From Candidatus Bathyarchaeia archaeon (GTDB taxonomy: Archaea; Thermoproteota; Bathyarchaeia; Bathyarchaeales; Bathycorpusculaceae): a stretch of DNA of 64,000 nucleotides. The stretch covers positions 33,244 to 97,243 of the forward strand of contig JBEKBM010000008.1 in the NCBI GenBank assembly GCA_050015395.1, in the 5' to 3' direction. The notes below the pieces were generated by a model. The model had not been told where the DNA came from and ran no database searches. It saw only the letters and a list, made by a program, of their open reading frames with translations. This document shows positions 58,654-64,000 of this stretch, piece after piece (the stretch's first letter is position 1; each line of letters begins with the position of its first letter). A program made the position numbers and the translations under genes.

Positions 58654-59361
58654 TTGACAAAAATGTTGTTCTTAGACGACAGTTATCTCAAAGAGTGCAA
58701 CGCTGTTGTTGTTTCCGTTAAGGACCAAAAATACGTTGTGCTTGATCAGACCATTTTTTATCCTAAAGGAGGAGGTCAACCGTGGGATACTGGAAAAATC
58801 GTCAAAGACAATGAAACTTACAATGTGGTTTATGTAGGAAAATTTTCAGGAGAAATTTCTCATGAGGTGGATCAAGCAGGTCTTAAAGAAGGAGATAGAG
58901 TTCACTGCACCCTAGACTGGGCGCGAAGGTACAAACTTATGCGGAGCCATACGGCAGCACACTTGTTTGCTTCACTTTTATGTGTGGGAACTGGAGCTCT
59001 CGTTACTGGCAATCAGCTTGAGGAAGACTATATCCGTTTTGATTTCAACTTCGAAAACTTCGACAAGGAAATCTTAGACCAATACGTCGCTAAGGCGAAT
59101 GAGCTCTTCAGTAAGGATATTCCTGTAAAATGGTATGAGTTGCCGAAAGAGGAAACGATGAAAATCCCAGGTATAGTTAAGATGGCGGAAGCCCTGCCAC
59201 CCGATATACCTGTACTTCGCATCGTAGAAATAGTAGGCGTAGATAGACAAGCCGATGGAGGTACGCATGTGCACAGTCTGCGAGAAGTGGGTAGAATAGA
59301 ACTGATCAGAGCTGAAAACAAAGGAAAAAGCAACAAACGCGTCTATTTCAAAATCGCATAA
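58654..59361 (+). CDS. alaXM: Alanyl-tRNA editing protein AlaX-M
   Basis: DQTIFYPKGGGQP.D.G, HTAAH, DGGTHV; TTG start with GAGGT RBS. Confidence 0.92.
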   Translation: MTKMLFLDDSYLKECNAVVVSVKDQKYVVLDQTIFYPKGGGQPWDTGKIVKDNETYNVVYVGKFSGEISHEVDQAGLKEGDRVHCTLDWARRYKLMRSHTAAHLFASLLCVGTGALVTGNQLEEDYIRFDFNFENFDKEILDQYVAKANELFSKDIPVKWYELPKEETMKIPGIVKMAEALPPDIPVLRIVEIVGVDRQADGGTHVHSLREVGRIELIRAENKGKSNKRVYFKIA

Positions 59362-59409
59362 TTCATCGCGGATTTATAATTGATAAATAGAGACGAATTG
59401 AATTGAAAA

Positions 59410-60445
59410 TTGCTCAGACATTTGAAAGCAGATCATCACAACTTCACCACCGAAGAATTGCGCGCGGCGCGAGCAGAAGCGAAAAATTTGGAACTTACAC
59501 AAAAAACAAAGATTTGTGCGAGAGACGAAAAACTACCGCCAAACGTAGCTGGATTAGTTGCTCAGTTCTTAGCGTACTTGGAGAAAGAAGGCTTTTGCAA
59601 AGAAATAGAATACTCTAACCTGATTAGAAGGCTTTCTAAACTCGGAGCTAACTTACAAGACCCTGAAAACATCAAAGAAACTATCGGAAGGATGAACGTT
59701 AAAAATGGAATGAAACTGCTGTATGTCTATGCTTACAATGCGTTTGCATTGATGCTAAAAATTCCGTGGGTTCCACCAAAATACAAGCAAAGAAGAAATA
59801 ATTCCTTTCATACCTGACGAAACTGAACTTGACGCATTGATAACTGCTGCTCGAACAAGAAAGATGGCTGCTTATCTTCAAGGCTTGAAAGAGACCTTCG
59901 GCGACCCATCAGAAGTACTAAGAATCGATTGGATAGACATCTCAGAGAAAGAGCAAACGATAACGATTAATCATCCGGTTAAAGGTCACTTGCCGAGAAC
60001 GCTTAAAGTTTCAAACAAATTGCTTTCAATGCTTAATTGCTTGCCTAAGACATCAACAAGAGTCTTTCCTTGCACCTACGGCAGTATTGGTTGTGCGTAC
60101 ACAAGGCTGAGAAAGCGAACAGCTGAATTTCAAAAGAATCCTCGCCTCCTGTCGATAGAGCTCAGGACCTTTAGGCATTGGGGAGGCACAATAATAGCCT
60201 ACCACACTAACGGCAATGTTTTACTGGTAAAGAAGCTGCTAGGCCACAAAAATATCAACAGTAGCATGAAGTACATAGGCATGATACAGTTCAAAGATGA
60301 CCAGTTTGAAACCACAACTGCAACGACAATAGAGGAAATTCAGAAGCTCGGTCAAGCAGGCTGGACTAAATACGACGAAATAACAATCAACGGAGCTCAA
60401 ATTCACTTCTATACAAAACCAAAGAGGTTCTCTAACTATGCTTAA
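59410..60445 (+). pseudogene. Tyrosine recombinase/integrase, split by a 1-nt frameshift near 59790
   Basis: Removing one A restores KYKQEEIIPFIPDETELDALI; TFRHW, LLGHKNI..SMKY. Confidence 0.8.
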
Positions 60446-60559
60446 GACTCCAAACGAGTGGAATAAAGATAGCGTGCAAGGAATAAAGTTATATCTGCCT
60501 CGCACTTTCTAGGAATAAACATTCAAAGGTTTTAAATGAAGAAGTGGGCGAAAGGGGCT

Positions 60560-62020
60560 ATGGCAGAGGTAGTGTTGACTGCTGACAGGACTTTAATGAG
60601 CAATTATCATAATAACGAGTTCCTCGGGTTCGGTACGTGCGCGCCTCCAAATTTTATTCCAGAATGGCTCTATAGCTATCTCTTCTTTCCACAACTAAAA
60701 ACAAAAAATGGCCATCCGCAACAAGCACCTTATGGACTGAGAAAAACTGAAGCTCAACTCTTAAAAGAAGGCTTCCACGTTGAAACAGTTAGCCCAAAAT
60801 ATCTAAGTCGCTACCTTAATGATGCAAAAGTTCTTGGCATACACACAATGGATCCGTTTGGGTTAGGTCCAGCTTCTACAACTCTTGCTTCTCTTTTCAA
60901 GAAGGAACCCTACCTTGCAAAATACTTTCAAGTTTTGCTAAAAAGTCCAGCGATCAAAAAAGCGAAACAAAATGGGTTAAAGGTTATTGTTGGTGGACCG
61001 GGCGCATGGCAGTTTCGTTACCGAGAGAAAGCCGTCAAGGACTTAGGTATTGACTGTGTTGTTGAGGGTGAAGCGGAAAATGTTATTGGGAAACTTTTTA
61101 GAGCAACAATTGAAGGCCAAGAGATCCCAAGCCATTATGAAGTTGGAGTTGGCGAAGCACCAAGTTTAGAGGAGATTCCTGATATTGTTCAGCCTTCAGT
61201 TAACGGTTTGGTTGAGATTGGCAGGGGCTGCTGCAGAGGTTGCCAATTTTGTAATGTTACCTTAAGACCGTTAAGATGGTACCCGATTGAAAAGATTGAT
61301 CGTGAATTAAGCGTTAATATTGATTCAGGCAATACTGGTGTATGTCTGCACGCTGAAGATGTCATGCTTTACGGCTCAAAAAACACGACGCCAAACGAAG
61401 AGAAACTTGTGCAACTGCATGAATTAGTAACAAAAAGGTGCACAGGCTTAAGTTGGAGCCACTGTTCCTTGGCTGCAGTAGCATCAAACCCTAAGCTTCT
61501 TTCGAAGTTGTCGGAGCTTATCTTGCAGAATCAAACTTGGTGGGGAGCAGAAGTAGGCATTGAAACTGGTTCTTCAGAGATAGCGAAGAAGATTATGCCT
61601 GCCAAGGCTCATCCTTTTAGCGCTGACAATTGGCATGACGTTGTCTGCGAGGGCATGGGTGTAATGCATGACAACATGCTTGCTCCTGCTTGCACGTTGA
61701 TTGTTGGGTTGCCTGATGAACAGGAATCGGACATCCTTAAAACTATGGATTTAGTTGATGACCTTAAGGACATGCGATGCCTCATTGTGCCATTATTCTT
61801 TGTTCCGCTGGGCAAGTTAACAAATGAAGACTGGTTTACAAACACCAAACTAAATGAATTGCACAAAAAACTTTTGATTCAATGTGCTGAACGTGACTTT
61901 CGCTGGGTTGACAATTTGATTGATTTGTCTTTCTCGGACAAATGGTACCAGCGCATAACGAAAGAGTTCTATAAGGGCTTCTCAGCAATAGCAAAGCGCA
62001 AAGTGCGACAGATAGAATAA
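60560..62020 (+). CDS. B12-binding-like radical SAM protein (archaeal)
   Basis: APYGLRK.EA, MDP.GLGP, GGPGAWQ, GRGCCRGCQFC (CxxxCxxC), GIETGS. Confidence 0.9.
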   Translation: MAEVVLTADRTLMSNYHNNEFLGFGTCAPPNFIPEWLYSYLFFPQLKTKNGHPQQAPYGLRKTEAQLLKEGFHVETVSPKYLSRYLNDAKVLGIHTMDPFGLGPASTTLASLFKKEPYLAKYFQVLLKSPAIKKAKQNGLKVIVGGPGAWQFRYREKAVKDLGIDCVVEGEAENVIGKLFRATIEGQEIPSHYEVGVGEAPSLEEIPDIVQPSVNGLVEIGRGCCRGCQFCNVTLRPLRWYPIEKIDRELSVNIDSGNTGVCLHAEDVMLYGSKNTTPNEEKLVQLHELVTKRCTGLSWSHCSLAAVASNPKLLSKLSELILQNQTWWGAEVGIETGSSEIAKKIMPAKAHPFSADNWHDVVCEGMGVMHDNMLAPACTLIVGLPDEQESDILKTMDLVDDLKDMRCLIVPLFFVPLGKLTNEDWFTNTKLNELHKKLLIQCAERDFRWVDNLIDLSFSDKWYQRITKEFYKGFSAIAKRKVRQIE

Positions 62021-62210
62021 CCTCAGAAGATGAAATGTGAACCGCCTTCTATCTTGTAGCGCAAAATTTTTTCATGGCAAATGATGTTATCCTAATCTGC
62101 GTCTTGGCTTCTTCAAGCTAAAAAGCGGTATGCTCGCGTTTTTCAGTCACGATAAGTAAAAACTTTATATCGATAGTTTAACAGAAAAATAGTCAAGTAA
62201 GCGGGAGAAA

Positions 62211-62507
62211 ATGCCAAAAACTATTGAAGAAGTAAAAGATCAACTAAAGGCTCTCATGCCACTTCTAAAATCAAGATTTCATGTGGAAAGCCTTGAAATT
62301 TTCGGTTCTTACGCACGAGACGAACAAACCAAAAAAAGTGATTTGGATCTTCTTATTACGTTTTCTCAGCCTTATGATCTTTGGGAGTTTATAGACGTCA
62401 AAGAGTTCTTAGCAGAAGCATTACATATGAACATAGATTTAGTGCCAAAAGATTCGATAAAAAGTATGCTGAAGGATCGAATATTGCAAGAAGCTACTCC
62501 AATATGA
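62211..62507 (+). CDS. MNT nucleotidyltransferase antitoxin
   Basis: IFGSYARDEQ...SDLDLL. Confidence 0.92.
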   Translation: MPKTIEEVKDQLKALMPLLKSRFHVESLEIFGSYARDEQTKKSDLDLLITFSQPYDLWEFIDVKEFLAEALHMNIDLVPKDSIKSMLKDRILQEATPI

Positions 62508-62872
62508 AAAGAGACTTTAGGCTGTTTCTGAAAGACATATTTGACGCGATTGATGAAATAGAAGAATTCTCAAAAGACCTTACAATGAATGATTTTATAA
62601 TTAATAAAATGGCTGTTAAGGCAATAATAACGGACTTAATAATTATAGGCGAAGCAGTAGATAAAATTCCTAAAAACGTCAAATATTCTTACCGACAAAT
62701 CCCTTGGAGAACATGGGAAAGAATGAGGCAAACGAGAAACGAACTTGCACATGAATACTACAACGTGAAACCTCAAGTGTTGTGGTCGATAATAAAGTAC
62801 GAGTTACCACCTATCAAACTGTTAATCAAAGAAATAATAGACAAAGAAGAAACAACTACGGAATCGCAATAG
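62504..62872 (+). CDS. HEPN/DUF86 RNase toxin
   Basis: IIGEA, IPW, RNELAHEY (Rx4H); ATGA overlap with the MNT gene. Confidence 0.9.
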   Translation: MKRDFRLFLKDIFDAIDEIEEFSKDLTMNDFIINKMAVKAIITDLIIIGEAVDKIPKNVKYSYRQIPWRTWERMRQTRNELAHEYYNVKPQVLWSIIKYELPPIKLLIKEIIDKEETTTESQ

Positions 62873-63044
62873 CAATTAAAATTTATTTCAAAGCCCCCAA
62901 TCATAATGACGACATCTATAGGGATTAGAACCTCAAACTTTGAATTGTCCTAAATGATGACTATTATATTCGGCAAAAAATGTTTACCGCCGAACAAGTT
63001 AAATACTTTTGTGAAACTGAAAGGTGACATAAGCATTATGCTTT

Positions 63045-63121
63045 GCCGCCGTGGCTCAGCCCGGTAGAGCGGCTGGCTGTTAACCAGTCGGTCAAAGGTT
63101 CGAATCCTTTCGGCGGCGCCA
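63045..63121 (+). tRNA. tRNA-Asn(GTT), intronless, CCA encoded
   Basis: Acceptor GCCGCCG/CGGCGGC, anticodon arm GCTGG-CTGTTAA-CCAGT, T-loop GGTTCGAATCC. Confidence 0.97.
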
Positions 63122-64000
63122 AATCTACCTTAATTTTACAATCGGGGCTTAATTCAGGGTTTAAATCAGGTGCTTGTTTTGCCCAACAAATGGGAATCAA
63201 ATCACCGAGGCGGTTCTATAACAATTCGCTATGCTTTGCAAAGTGGATTTCTTCGCCATCAAGGAACACCTAAACAACCTTAAGCGTTATGTCAAAGTAA
63301 TGGGGTCAGTTTATTGATAGAGCTAAGATACGGGATTTCCTGTTAAAGATGGGAAAGTACATCGTATGATAAACTTGGACTAAAAATAATAGCGACTACA
63401 GTTAAGGTTCCCAAGAAAAGGTACTTTATCATTATTTCAGGATTTCTCGAAATTCATGAAAGGTAAAAATTTTTGTCGCAAGGAACAAGTTGCAAATTTG
63501 AGTCTTTGTCGCAATTTTCAATTCTCTTAATCGCTTCAATACATAACCGTCGATTTCCCAATATCCAATCTTTAATCTCTTCTAAATCGGATTCTGTTAA
63601 CTCTTCGGCGCTCGGATGGACAGAGAGTAGTCCATGGCTGCTTATTCAAATCCCCCTAGCGCCGCTTGGAAAGACTAAGCCCCGCTTTCTAAAAAAAAGA
63701 CAATGAGAGATTAGTGACATCTTAGAATTCAGGGTTTGCTGTGGCTCTGGAAAATCTTTAAGAGAAAAGGACATTCAAAGGCTAATGATAATTACGGCTG
63801 AAACCATGAAGTACCGCACAGAGCCTTCTCAGCCTCTATATTTTAATTTTTAAGAATTTTATGATTAACTTAACTGACTATTTGCGCTTTCATGTTATTT
63901 TGTGTCTATCATCCTTAAAATGCTTCTGAATGGTTCTGTTGAGTTTCTTACCCTGTGCATGAAAAGATGCATAGCTCTTTTGCGGATCCATTCAACCGTA

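Noticed and set aside
59360-63121. Integrase and tRNA-Asn as two ends of one integrated element
   Set aside because: No duplicated tRNA 3' end seen near the integrase, and a housekeeping-like radical SAM gene lies between
63043-63273. 76-aa ORF in the supplied track
   Set aside because: Shadow ORF over tRNA-Asn

Overview
Archaeal chromosomal window, most consistent with Bathyarchaeia (TACK). This is an inference from the eL13/eL15-Rpp30-Pop5 cluster, archaeosine TGT, short archaeal PurA, frequent TTG/GTG starts, and Bathyarchaeia-like Lrp and tyrosine-recombinase families. Core genes (galT, nadA, trxA, lig, purA, tgtA operon, rpl15e operon, porGDAB, tRNA-Asn) alternate with accessory islets. 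The islets are: (1) an AbiEi/AbiEii-like pair in a divergent layout, with the antitoxin gene bracketed by 38-bp inverted repeats; (2) three unrelated minus-strand genes, each capped by the same ~28-bp promoter-like repeat and interleaved with related hairpins; (3) a three-gene TIR-domain operon with no recognisable effector; (4) an HgiDII-like GHKL restriction enzyme with a Vsr-fused C5 methyltransferase and an orphan MNT; (5) an IS1634 remnant beside a foreign-looking PKD-domain peptide ABC transporter; (6) a frameshifted tyrosine recombinase with an altered catalytic motif; and (7) an MNT-HEPN pair next to tRNA-Asn. Several unannotated Cys-rich or RHH microproteins, a NikR operator, a candidate eL15 mRNA leader and a G:U-rich hairpin RNA were also read directly from the sequence. 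All family calls come from motif recognition by eye; no searches were run.
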